DNA of 64,000 bases from a virus: the IMG/VR virus record IMGVR_UViG_3300027788_000004, positions 32,001 through 96,000 of that record; one strand, written 5' to 3'. Within the stretch, counting starts at the first letter, position 1, and each line of letters opens with the position of its first letter. The notes below the pieces were generated by a model. That model was not told the DNA's origin, made no database searches, and saw nothing but the letters and a program-made list of their open reading frames with translations. The translations under genes and the position numbers were made by a program. This document shows, piece by piece, positions 50,677 through 59,324 of the stretch.

Positions 50677-52401
50677 ATGAATTTAATTAATGAATCTGAA
50701 ATTTTTTCTAAGTGGACTCCGATTATCGAGAGCACTACTGGAATTGAAGACAGATCTAAACTAGAATGGATGTCTAAGTATTGTCATAACCATGAGTTGT
50801 ACGAGAATAATTCGACTGCAACTGTAGGTTCTGTTAATGGTATGGGTGCCGTACGTTTCCCAGCTCCTCCTGGAGCTCAGACTGCGTTCGCTACTCAAAC
50901 TACTGGATCTGGTGATAAGCCTTACACTTTGCTTCCTCTTGCTATGCAAGTTGCTGCTCAGACTGTAGGTTTAGACCTTGTACCAGTTGTACCAATGAAT
51001 GGACCAATGGGAGTGCTTACTTATTTAGACTTCGTCTACGGCGGTGGTAAAGTACCACAAACCGGACAAACTGCTGCATTTAACGCTACAACAGCTGGAG
51101 ATGCACCAAACATGCCACTACTTATTAAAGTAGACTGGCCGACGGGAGCTTCTTCTTTTGGAAGTGTACCTAAAGGAACAGTTGGTGGACTTAATGCTGT
51201 AGGTAACGTTCCTGGTGGAACTGTTACTTTTGTAGGACAATCAAGAATTGACGGTTACCCAATCTTCAAAGTTGACTCTCTTACTGCAGGATTATCAATC
51301 GCTGACTTATTCGGAACTGCAACTGGTGTAACTTTCTCTGGAGGTATTGCAACTGCCGGTATCGGTAGTGTAGCAATTTCTGTAGGAAATGCAACATTAG
51401 TAAAAGCTCTTGAAGATCATGTTCAAGGATTCTCATCTAACGATTACACTGGTTCTACTGAGCCAATGTCAAGAGTACAAGGTGAGGGTACTGTAGATAA
51501 CGTAATGAATTTAAGTTTATTCAACAAATCTGTTGAAGCACAAACTTTCCAAGTTGCTGCTGCAGTAACTAGAGAGCAAGTACAAGACTTAAAACAATTC
51601 GGTATCGATGCTGTTGCTCAAGTTGAATCAGTTCTTATTAACGAATTGACTCAATCAATTAACAGAAACATCTTAGGAAGAGTAAGAAGATTAGGTTATT
51701 CTAATGCTCAAGGTATTTTTGCTTCACAAGGTGTACAATTCAACCTATGGGTTGGATCTATATTAGGTGCTACAACTTATTCGACTGTATATGGAACTTA
51801 CGGTGCTAGTGCAACTGCATTAGATACTGCTCAAGGTAACGGACTACAAGCGTTTGGTATTGGTGCATCTTCTAATCCTGTTATAAACAACTCTGAAACT
51901 AATTCTAACGCAGAGAACTTACATACTAGACAACGTAAAGTAATGTCTAAATGTTTAGCTGCTGCAAATATGATTGCGATCAGAGGTAGAAGAGGTCCTG
52001 CTACTTTCGTAGTAACTAACGGACAACTTGGTACTGCACTTCAAGATTGTGCTGGATTCGTTCCTGCACCATTGATGAATACACTAAACCAACAAACTGG
52101 CTCATTATACCCTATCGGTACTTTAGCTGGATTGGTTGTTTACGTAGATCCATTAATGTCATGGGGTGATACTCGAGTGACTGTAGGTAGAAAAGGTGAC
52201 GGAAACTCTCCAGGTATTGTATTTATGCCATACTTAATGGCTGAATCAGTACAAACTATTGCTGAAGGAACAATGGCGCCGAAAATCGCTGTGAAATCTA
52301 GATATGCATTAGTTGAGGCTGGATTCCATCCTGAAACTATGTACTTATCATTCGGTGTTGTTTATGGTGATAATATCTTAGCTGGTGGTGGTCTTGCGTA
52401 A
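50677..52401 (+). CDS. gp23: Major capsid protein (T4 gp23-like)
   Basis: KWTPIIE, VVPMNGPMG, EQVQDLK..GIDA, NELTQSINR.IL, RRGPATFVV, FMPY and KSRYAL. Confidence 0.93.
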   Translation: MNLINESEIFSKWTPIIESTTGIEDRSKLEWMSKYCHNHELYENNSTATVGSVNGMGAVRFPAPPGAQTAFATQTTGSGDKPYTLLPLAMQVAAQTVGLDLVPVVPMNGPMGVLTYLDFVYGGGKVPQTGQTAAFNATTAGDAPNMPLLIKVDWPTGASSFGSVPKGTVGGLNAVGNVPGGTVTFVGQSRIDGYPIFKVDSLTAGLSIADLFGTATGVTFSGGIATAGIGSVAISVGNATLVKALEDHVQGFSSNDYTGSTEPMSRVQGEGTVDNVMNLSLFNKSVEAQTFQVAAAVTREQVQDLKQFGIDAVAQVESVLINELTQSINRNILGRVRRLGYSNAQGIFASQGVQFNLWVGSILGATTYSTVYGTYGASATALDTAQGNGLQAFGIGASSNPVINNSETNSNAENLHTRQRKVMSKCLAAANMIAIRGRRGPATFVVTNGQLGTALQDCAGFVPAPLMNTLNQQTGSLYPIGTLAGLVVYVDPLMSWGDTRVTVGRKGDGNSPGIVFMPYLMAESVQTIAEGTMAPKIAVKSRYALVEAGFHPETMYLSFGVVYGDNILAGGGLA

Positions 52402-52448
52402 TTGAGCAATCAATAACGTAATACATCATTACACTAATTTACATTATG

Positions 52449-52482
52449 CAAAAGGTCTCCTTCGGGAGACCTTTTGTTTTTT
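52449..52482 (+). terminator. Strong intrinsic terminator after the capsid gene
   Basis: CAAAAGGTCTCC-TTCG-GGAGACCTTTTG followed by a T tract; C(UUCG)G tetraloop. Confidence 0.92.
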
Positions 52483-52522
52483 GTAACGAATATATAGTAA
52501 TATAAAACAAAAAAGACATTCA

Positions 52523-54907
52523 ATGAAAATTATTTCTAGAAATTCATTCAATCATATAAATGAAGCGGTTTTTGGTGTACGTTTATCAGGATATTCAAAA
52601 GAAGATTTTGAAAGACTTAATCATACCGAACTATCAGATGCACTTAAACAGATATTATTACTATCAGGCGGAGGATTCACGACCGAATCCATTTCATGTC
52701 TAAAACAATCTTTACTAAAACATAATTTATTAGAAGAATCAAGATTTGATAAAGTTATTTTTGATAAATCAGTCAATGAAGAAAACCTTAATGAGGATGA
52801 CCATTTAGCAATGATTGATGATCTTATTAAAGGTACTGCAGCAATTGGACTAGCTGGTGCTGTTGGTATGGGAGCATACATAAACTTTTTAGGTAAAAAG
52901 AAAAAGATCAAAAAGGCTTGGACTAATGTATATAAAGCAAAGGGAGATGAATCTGATATTGATTTAGAAACGTGGCAAGAGAAACAAGCGTTAAAAGCTG
53001 AATTAACTAAAGATGAAGTTACTGATAAGACAGGACAAGTTGAAACAACTATAACTAATAAGAAAGAAGAATTAACGAACGTTGATAAAACATGGGATGA
53101 AGATAAAAAGGAAGCTAAGCAAAAACTTGATGATACTAAGAAGTTATTATATGAATTAGATCCTAAAACATATAACGACCCAGAAGCAAAATCTTCAGTA
53201 AAACCAGCAAAGGAAAGTTTGAAAGAAGAAGAAACCGAAAAGGAAGATAAAAAGGATGATGGACCTGAAGGAGATTTACAAAAAGCACAAAACGCAGTTA
53301 AAGATGCAAGACCTGATGAAAAGGAAATAGAAAAGGAATTAATACCAATTGATAAACAAATTCAAGGAGGTATTGATAAAATGGCAGATTTCAAAGGAGA
53401 TAAGAAAGAAAAGGCTGCGGCTGGTAAAAAATGGGCAAAAGAAAAATCTAAATTACAAGATAATAAAGAAAAGATTAAAGATGGATCTTCTAATAAAAAA
53501 TTACAAGCTGCTAAAAAGGAGTTAGAAGGAATAAAAAAACAACTCGAATCTGAACAAAAGAGATTAGAAAAAAGAAAGGCAGATTACGCAGAATACGCTG
53601 ATGGATCTACTAAAGAAACGAAATCAAAATTAAAGGACGAGATAGATGATCTTCGAGGAGAAATTGATAAGATAAAGGAAAGAGGCCAACCAAAGGGAGA
53701 TGCTAGTGATGTTCAAAAAATAGATGATATCGGTAAGCAAAAGAAAGAGAACGTTAAGCAAGAAATTCAAGCTTTAGCAGATGAGGCTGATCGAGTAAGT
53801 GGAACTAAAGATGGAGGTAAGGAGGCTGCTGGTTTAGCTGGTAAAGCTCTTGGTATGAAATCAGGATTTACTAAAAAGGTAAAAGGTGAATTAGAAAAGG
53901 ATCTAATAAAACAGAAAAAGTCTAACATTGAAAAAATGGGAGATGATAAACGAGCAGAATCATTAGATATATTAGCTAAAGAAGCCGATAAAAAAGCTGC
54001 AGAAGGAGATAAAAAATTCCAAGACGAAAAGAAAAAGGTTGATGCATCTGATAAAGAAAAGCAAGAAGCTGAGGATAAGGTGGCTGCAAAATTAGCTAAA
54101 GATGCTGAGGATAAAAAAGCAAAGAATACGGAAAAGACCGCTGAGTTAAATAAAGAAATCGCTAATTTACAATCAGGCGATTCAAAGGGTAAGGAAGAAC
54201 AAATTGCTAATCTACAAACTCAGATTAATAAATTACAAACAGAACACCGTTCGGTTACAACAAAATTCAAAATTGCAATTTTAGAAGCTGAGCTTAGGAA
54301 AATAACGGAAGAAGATAAAGATGCAAAAAGTAGTAATGATAATACATTATTAAACAAAACGGTTATACTGAGTGATCTCTCAGGAACCGATATGAGTCAT
54401 CTAGATGGAGCTGAGGGAGTTGTTACTAAGTCTTTCAAAGAAGGCGAACGAGAACCTGAAGGAGATATGCCAAGAAGATCAGGAGATCCTGAATTATTCA
54501 AAATAGAATTAAAGGATCCTCAAGATCCTATGTATCCAGATGTTAACTTACCAGCAAAAAACATAAAAATTCTTGATAAAAAGGCTGATGATAGTGAAGA
54601 AGAAGAAACAAAAACCGAAGAAAGTTTTAGATCTAAATTTAATTCGGCAATGAACGAAGAGAATAATAAGATGAATCATCAAGCTGAACTCGAACAAAGT
54701 GCAGATAATAATAAAGAATTAGCAGAACTTAAAAAGTATAAGCAAAGATTATATGATTCTGGAGAATCTGCAGCGGTTAGTACTTGGGAATCGTTTGAAA
54801 AACGAGTTATAGGTAAAGATGGCACATGGGAGCTTGCACCTACACAATCATATGCAAAAGCTATAACACAACTAAAAGATCTTATAGGTAAATATAGTAT
54901 AAAATGA
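52523..54907 (+). CDS. Large K/E/D-rich coiled-coil protein with one hydrophobic segment (putative internal/ejected protein)
   Basis: MKIISRNSFNHINE|A leader, VNE/LNE sites, GTAAIGLAGAVGMGAYINFLG followed by KKKK, and a long coiled coil. Late motif at 52489. Confidence 0.55.
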   Translation: MKIISRNSFNHINEAVFGVRLSGYSKEDFERLNHTELSDALKQILLLSGGGFTTESISCLKQSLLKHNLLEESRFDKVIFDKSVNEENLNEDDHLAMIDDLIKGTAAIGLAGAVGMGAYINFLGKKKKIKKAWTNVYKAKGDESDIDLETWQEKQALKAELTKDEVTDKTGQVETTITNKKEELTNVDKTWDEDKKEAKQKLDDTKKLLYELDPKTYNDPEAKSSVKPAKESLKEEETEKEDKKDDGPEGDLQKAQNAVKDARPDEKEIEKELIPIDKQIQGGIDKMADFKGDKKEKAAAGKKWAKEKSKLQDNKEKIKDGSSNKKLQAAKKELEGIKKQLESEQKRLEKRKADYAEYADGSTKETKSKLKDEIDDLRGEIDKIKERGQPKGDASDVQKIDDIGKQKKENVKQEIQALADEADRVSGTKDGGKEAAGLAGKALGMKSGFTKKVKGELEKDLIKQKKSNIEKMGDDKRAESLDILAKEADKKAAEGDKKFQDEKKKVDASDKEKQEAEDKVAAKLAKDAEDKKAKNTEKTAELNKEIANLQSGDSKGKEEQIANLQTQINKLQTEHRSVTTKFKIAILEAELRKITEEDKDAKSSNDNTLLNKTVILSDLSGTDMSHLDGAEGVVTKSFKEGEREPEGDMPRRSGDPELFKIELKDPQDPMYPDVNLPAKNIKILDKKADDSEEEETKTEESFRSKFNSAMNEENNKMNHQAELEQSADNNKELAELKKYKQRLYDSGESAAVSTWESFEKRVIGKDGTWELAPTQSYAKAITQLKDLIGKYSIK

Positions 54908-55383
54908 AAATAACAAGAAGTAAGGCTGGTAAAAATCCAACTAGACATGGTATTGTTTTACGTGGACTTAAACCAACTTATAAAGAGGTATTAAAGAAAC
55001 ATGAATTTATAAAGGACCATTGTAAAGATGATAATTTTGTACATCTTTTATTTAGTCTTATTGATAGAGAAAATATACAAAAAAATAAAAGCAAATACTT
55101 TATAGATCCTACTGATGGAGAAGTTAAAGATAGAAAAATTCTTATAGATGAAATAAAAATAGTTCCTTGGAAATGTTCTTATTGTGAATGTAAAATAAAA
55201 TCTAAAATGGAAGATTTTTCTACAAAGAATTTTACATGTAAAAAATGCTATAAGGCATACGTTAAAGATGAGAAAAAAATAAGTCAATTAGTTTTAGAAA
55301 ATTCAGTAGAATTTGCTGAACTTTGTAAAAGATTAATAAATAGAGATAGAAAAACATTCCTTAAATATATACAAAATAAATGA
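54904..55383 (+). CDS. Basic zinc-binding protein
   Basis: CSYC...CKKC motif. Confidence 0.6.
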   Translation: MKITRSKAGKNPTRHGIVLRGLKPTYKEVLKKHEFIKDHCKDDNFVHLLFSLIDRENIQKNKSKYFIDPTDGEVKDRKILIDEIKIVPWKCSYCECKIKSKMEDFSTKNFTCKKCYKAYVKDEKKISQLVLENSVEFAELCKRLINRDRKTFLKYIQNK

Positions 55384-56846
55384 AACACTTCGAAAAATAC
55401 CAAATGATAACAGAAGCCTTATCATTGAATAAAGTTCAAGTAGTTATCTTGTCTAATTTAGACTCGAAATCTACAACAGTAGACTCTATAAAATCTGAAT
55501 GCAATAAGCGAGGAATTCCTTGTAATGCATTAGATGTTAAAACATCTCATATAAAAGAATACGTAAATAAGAGAAACGATATTAAGATAGGCGATGCTAA
55601 AACAAAACCATTCGCAATTAATAGATTAAACACTGTTGTAATAGCAAGAAGAGGAGTAGTATCTACAACATACACTCAAAAATTATTACAAGATTTAGAA
55701 AAGGCAAACTTCTTTTGTGTAAATGGCCTTGAACCTACAATGATTTGTGAAAATAAAAATACAACTAATACTATATTAGAAGCTGCTGGATTACCAACAC
55801 CAAAAAACACAATCATTAGCGATGTCGAAGGAGTTGATTTAGCGCTTAAAACTATTGGTGGAAAATTTCCAGTTATTGTAAAACTTCTTTCAGGATCTCA
55901 AGGTATAGGAGTTTCTCAGGTAGATTCTTACGAATCGTTGGTTTCTGTATTACAAACTTTATGGAAAGCTAGCGGAAAGAATGAAGTACTCTTACAAGAA
56001 AAGGTACCTGCAGATGGTGATGTTAGAATCCAAGTATTATCTAGGAAATTCTTTAGTCCCGATGATGAATCTTCTGAAATAGTTGCAGCGATGAAAAGAA
56101 CTTCAGCTAAAAAAGATTTTAGAACTAATTATTCTATTGGTGGAGGCGTTAAAAAGATTAAGTTAACTAAAGAAATGGAAGAAATATCTAAAGGTGCCGC
56201 TAAAGCAGTTGACTGTGCATGGTGTGCAGTAGATTTAATTATAGACAAAGAAACTAAAAAACCATATATATTAGAAGTTAACGCTTCACCAGGAACTAAA
56301 GGTATTACAGAAGCAACTGGTATTAATGTTGTTGGAGAAGTTATGGACTATGTATTAAATAAAGATAATTGGACTTATCCAACTATCAATTGTGGTTATA
56401 GAGAATGTTTAACATTACCTGGAGTTGGAGAATTGGTGGTAAAGATGGATACCGGTAATGGTGCTAAAGGGATGGCATTTCATGGAGATAAAATTGAAGA
56501 AGATGGTAAATATCTTAATTGGGAAATTGGAGATAATAAATTCAGAGATAAAATAGTTGGATATTCAGAGCCTATGGATACTCATGGTGAGACAATGAAA
56601 AGACCGATAATAGAAAGGGATTTAGTATTTGCTGGAAAACTAGTTCCTAAAGTTCCTATTTCAATTGTAGATAGAACGGCTAAAAGCACACCAGTATTAG
56701 CAAATAGAAAATTCATGGATAGACTAGGTATTGTTGTGAGTCCTTCTAAAGCCTTTAAGGCTACTCAATTCACTGGAGAATTTGATTGGTCTAAATCTCA
56801 AGGTGATAAACACGGCGGAATAAATTTTGACACCAAAGAGAAATAA
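55380..56846 (+). CDS. rimK: RimK-family ATP-grasp ligase fused to a RimK-associated (retropepsin-like) protease
   Basis: GLPTP.., FPVIVK...GSQGIGV, LLQE, DVRI, DFRTN...GG and LEVNASPG. C-terminal VKMDTG.GA and DR.....PVL.NR.FM. Confidence 0.85.
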   Translation: MKHFEKYQMITEALSLNKVQVVILSNLDSKSTTVDSIKSECNKRGIPCNALDVKTSHIKEYVNKRNDIKIGDAKTKPFAINRLNTVVIARRGVVSTTYTQKLLQDLEKANFFCVNGLEPTMICENKNTTNTILEAAGLPTPKNTIISDVEGVDLALKTIGGKFPVIVKLLSGSQGIGVSQVDSYESLVSVLQTLWKASGKNEVLLQEKVPADGDVRIQVLSRKFFSPDDESSEIVAAMKRTSAKKDFRTNYSIGGGVKKIKLTKEMEEISKGAAKAVDCAWCAVDLIIDKETKKPYILEVNASPGTKGITEATGINVVGEVMDYVLNKDNWTYPTINCGYRECLTLPGVGELVVKMDTGNGAKGMAFHGDKIEEDGKYLNWEIGDNKFRDKIVGYSEPMDTHGETMKRPIIERDLVFAGKLVPKVPISIVDRTAKSTPVLANRKFMDRLGIVVSPSKAFKATQFTGEFDWSKSQGDKHGGINFDTKEK

Positions 56847-56938
56847 ACCCAAAACAAAGATTATAACTAATCCTCTTATCGATCCAGATAAGTGGTCTAG
56901 GGATAAGCAAGGTAATCTTATACCTAAGAAGAAAATAG

Positions 56939-57017
56939 TTGTTAATAAGTTTTTGAAAAATAAGTGATCAAAAGTTTTTTTATTCCACTTATTTTTATTA
57001 TATTTATATTATAATAA
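56939..57017 (+). promoter_or_regulatory. Early-promoter cassette, copy 1 (about 78 bp)
   Basis: TTGTTAATAA-GAAAAATAAGTGATCAAAAGTTTTT-CCAC-ATTATATTTATATTATAATAA, repeated at 57496. Confidence 0.7.
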
Positions 57018-57041
57018 CAATAACACAATAAACAAAACACT

Positions 57042-57488
57042 ATGGCTAAAATCAAATCACTAATCACCGATGTAATAGTCGATGTTCATTGCATAACTTC
57101 ATACCCTAAACATATTGTAAATGCCGATCAATATCTTGATATTATCGATGCAATCTCAGAGTACAAAAAATCTAACGAATGGATTTCGGCAGAAAAACCT
57201 GATTATATGTATTATGAAGGAAGGAGATTCAATGATAATGAACGTATATGCGATGCTATACTAGGTAATATAAGACTCGGTATAAACAAATCTATATTTG
57301 ATGGAAATAAACATGCAGATATTTCCGATCCACTTAAACAACAAATTATGGAAGATTCCTTCTTAGTTTATCTTCAATACTTAATTTGTGCTAATGATCT
57401 TCAAAAACTTAACGAATGGATCAAATCCTCACTTCTTTATTCAGCAGGAAGCGATTACTGGTACAAATACGAAAAAGATTGGAATTAA
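57042..57488 (+). CDS. Hypothetical early protein
   Basis: 148-aa ORF after cassette copy 1. Confidence 0.65.
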   Translation: MAKIKSLITDVIVDVHCITSYPKHIVNADQYLDIIDAISEYKKSNEWISAEKPDYMYYEGRRFNDNERICDAILGNIRLGINKSIFDGNKHADISDPLKQQIMEDSFLVYLQYLICANDLQKLNEWIKSSLLYSAGSDYWYKYEKDWN

Positions 57489-57495
57489 CATTCAA

Positions 57496-57573
57496 TTGTT
57501 AATAACTTTTGAAAAATAAGTGATCAAAAGTTTTTATTTACCACCAAAAAGTATTATATTTATATTATAATAA
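57496..57573 (+). promoter_or_regulatory. Early-promoter cassette, copy 2
   Basis: Near-identical to 56939..57017. Confidence 0.7.
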
Positions 57574-57597
57574 TTAAAACAATAAAAAACAAATTTT

Positions 57598-57816
57598 ATG
57601 AATTCAGCTTATCAAAATCTTTTAACACTCATCGGAGGAATCTTCTCAATTTACATTGCATATTTAACAGCGCAAGGAATTTTACAAAATTACATATCTT
57701 TCCAAGATCCACTTAACGAAATGGCATTCTTTATGTGTGCTTTATTCATGGGAGTATCTTGTATTTACATAGGTATTCCACAAAGGCATTGGAATAAACT
57801 TAACCCATTCTCATAA
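57598..57816 (+). CDS. Small two-TM membrane protein (early)
   Basis: Two hydrophobic helices in 72 aa. Confidence 0.65.
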   Translation: MNSAYQNLLTLIGGIFSIYIAYLTAQGILQNYISFQDPLNEMAFFMCALFMGVSCIYIGIPQRHWNKLNPFS

Positions 57817-57842
57817 TAACAATAAAACAAAAACAACAAATC

Positions 57843-58166
57843 ATGAAAAAAACAATTTCAACAATCATCAATCTTTCTCACACTTCCTTCTTAGGAGGTT
57901 ATCTTCAATTTGGTATAAATTACAATCCCGATAATATGACATGCGGTGGAGGTACAAAATGCTCGAGATTTGCACTTGCACTAGGATTCATTACATTAGA
58001 GTTTTACGCAAACACAAAAACGTTTAAGCAATTATCATTCAAATTAAACGGAACTGATAAAGAAATTCAAATCGAGTTCGGATGGAAAAACATCATGTAT
58101 AATTACAGAAAAATGGAGCAAGGTAATTACAATCACAAATGTGAATTACTTTATTCTTGGAGCTAA
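57843..58166 (+). CDS. Hypothetical early protein
   Basis: 107-aa ORF with an A-rich leader. Confidence 0.6.
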   Translation: MKKTISTIINLSHTSFLGGYLQFGINYNPDNMTCGGGTKCSRFALALGFITLEFYANTKTFKQLSFKLNGTDKEIQIEFGWKNIMYNYRKMEQGNYNHKCELLYSWS

Positions 58167-58173
58167 TAACACT

Positions 58174-58202
58174 GAAACAATTGAAAAAGTTTAACATATA
58201 AT
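58174..58202 (+). promoter_or_regulatory. Middle-type promoter GAAAC-N16-CATATAAT
   Basis: GAAAC aattgaaaaagtttaa CATATAAT, upstream of a small ORF and the clamp loader. Confidence 0.75.
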
Positions 58203-58218
58203 AATTAAAGTAAATAAC

Positions 58219-58323
58219 ATGGACACAATAATAATAATAAGCGGAATTCTATGGTGCGTAATATGTGTATCCGCTGCAGTAGGAGCTATGATTTGCTACA
58301 TAGAAAATAAATACAAAAAATAA
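58219..58323 (+). CDS. 34-aa single-TM peptide (MDTIIIISGILWCVICVSAAVGAMICYIENKYKK)
   Basis: Not in the ORF track. It fills the gap between the promoter and gp44 and has a TM helix with a basic tail. Confidence 0.55.
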   Translation: MDTIIIISGILWCVICVSAAVGAMICYIENKYKK

Positions 58324-58325
58324 AT

Positions 58326-59279
58326 ATGACTCATTTAGAAACACTTTTATGGACCGAGCGATATCGGCCAAAAGAATTAAAGGACTTAATTGTTCCAGAA
58401 AGAATATACAAAAAATTAGATAAAGGAGTCTATCAAAACTTGCTCTTTTATGGTGGTCCTGGTAGTGGAAAAACTTCTTCTGCAAAAATACTTGCAAATG
58501 GCCATCCATATATGTACATTAATTGTTCTAGCGAAACTGGTGTAGATACGGTTAGAACTAAGATATCAGAGTTTTGTTCTACTCTATCTCTACTTGATGG
58601 CGAACGTAAATTAAAAGTAGTTATATTAGATGAGTTCGATGGAGTATCTGATGCATATATGAAAGCGCTTAGAGGAACTATCGAACAATTTCATATGAGT
58701 GCAAGATTCATAGCAACTTGTAATTATTTTAATAAGATTCCAGATAATATACAATCTAGATTTGAATGTATAAATTTTGACTTTACTGATGTTGAAGAAA
58801 CAGAAATTCTTAAAATGTATCTTAGGCGAATTTACGAAATCTGCAAACTAGAAGGAATGGAAATCGAAAAGGATGCTTTATTAGAATTAGTTAAAAGGAA
58901 GTTTCCAGATCTAAGAAATACAATTAATGTATTACAAGGATATCACGCTCAAGGAATAAGCAAAATATCATTAACCGATGTAACTACATTCCATGGAGTA
59001 TTTAAGGATTTGTTCGATATGATATTTTCTGAAATGGCATCATCTCATAAAAATTATCAGTATTTAGTAGGAACATATGGTCATAGAGTTGATGATGTAA
59101 TTAAATCATTAGGAAGTGATTTTGTAGAATATATTCAAACCGAACATCCTGCAAAAATTAAAAATTTAGGTGAAATATGTTATGAAGTAAACAAACATTC
59201 ATACGAATCTAGATTTGCAATTGATCCAGTAGTAACTATGTTATCATTGGTTTATAAATTACAACAGATCGTTAAATAG
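58326..59279 (+). CDS. gp44: Clamp loader large subunit (T4 gp44 / RFC-like AAA+)
   Basis: LWTERYRP, GGPGSGKTS, ILDEFD, ALRG.IE, SRF and FPDLR. Confidence 0.92.
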   Translation: MTHLETLLWTERYRPKELKDLIVPERIYKKLDKGVYQNLLFYGGPGSGKTSSAKILANGHPYMYINCSSETGVDTVRTKISEFCSTLSLLDGERKLKVVILDEFDGVSDAYMKALRGTIEQFHMSARFIATCNYFNKIPDNIQSRFECINFDFTDVEETEILKMYLRRIYEICKLEGMEIEKDALLELVKRKFPDLRNTINVLQGYHAQGISKISLTDVTTFHGVFKDLFDMIFSEMASSHKNYQYLVGTYGHRVDDVIKSLGSDFVEYIQTEHPAKIKNLGEICYEVNKHSYESRFAIDPVVTMLSLVYKLQQIVK

Positions 59280-59307
59280 AAACTTTTGCAAAACTTCGTC
59301 ATATAAA
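59279..59307 (+). promoter_or_regulatory. Middle-type promoter GAAAC-N16-CATATAAA upstream of RNase H
   Basis: GAAAC ttttgcaaaacttcgt CATATAAA. Confidence 0.7.
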
Positions 59308-59324
59308 ATTAAAATAACATTATA

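Noticed and set aside
56827-56967. Possible 46-aa TTG-start basic ORF after rimK
   Set aside because: Weak start overlapping rimK, and it runs into the promoter cassette; cannot be supported.
56939-57573. CRISPR-like array from the repeated intergenic unit
   Set aside because: Only two copies, about 78 bp long and separated by a whole gene. They fit promoter cassettes and no cas genes are present.
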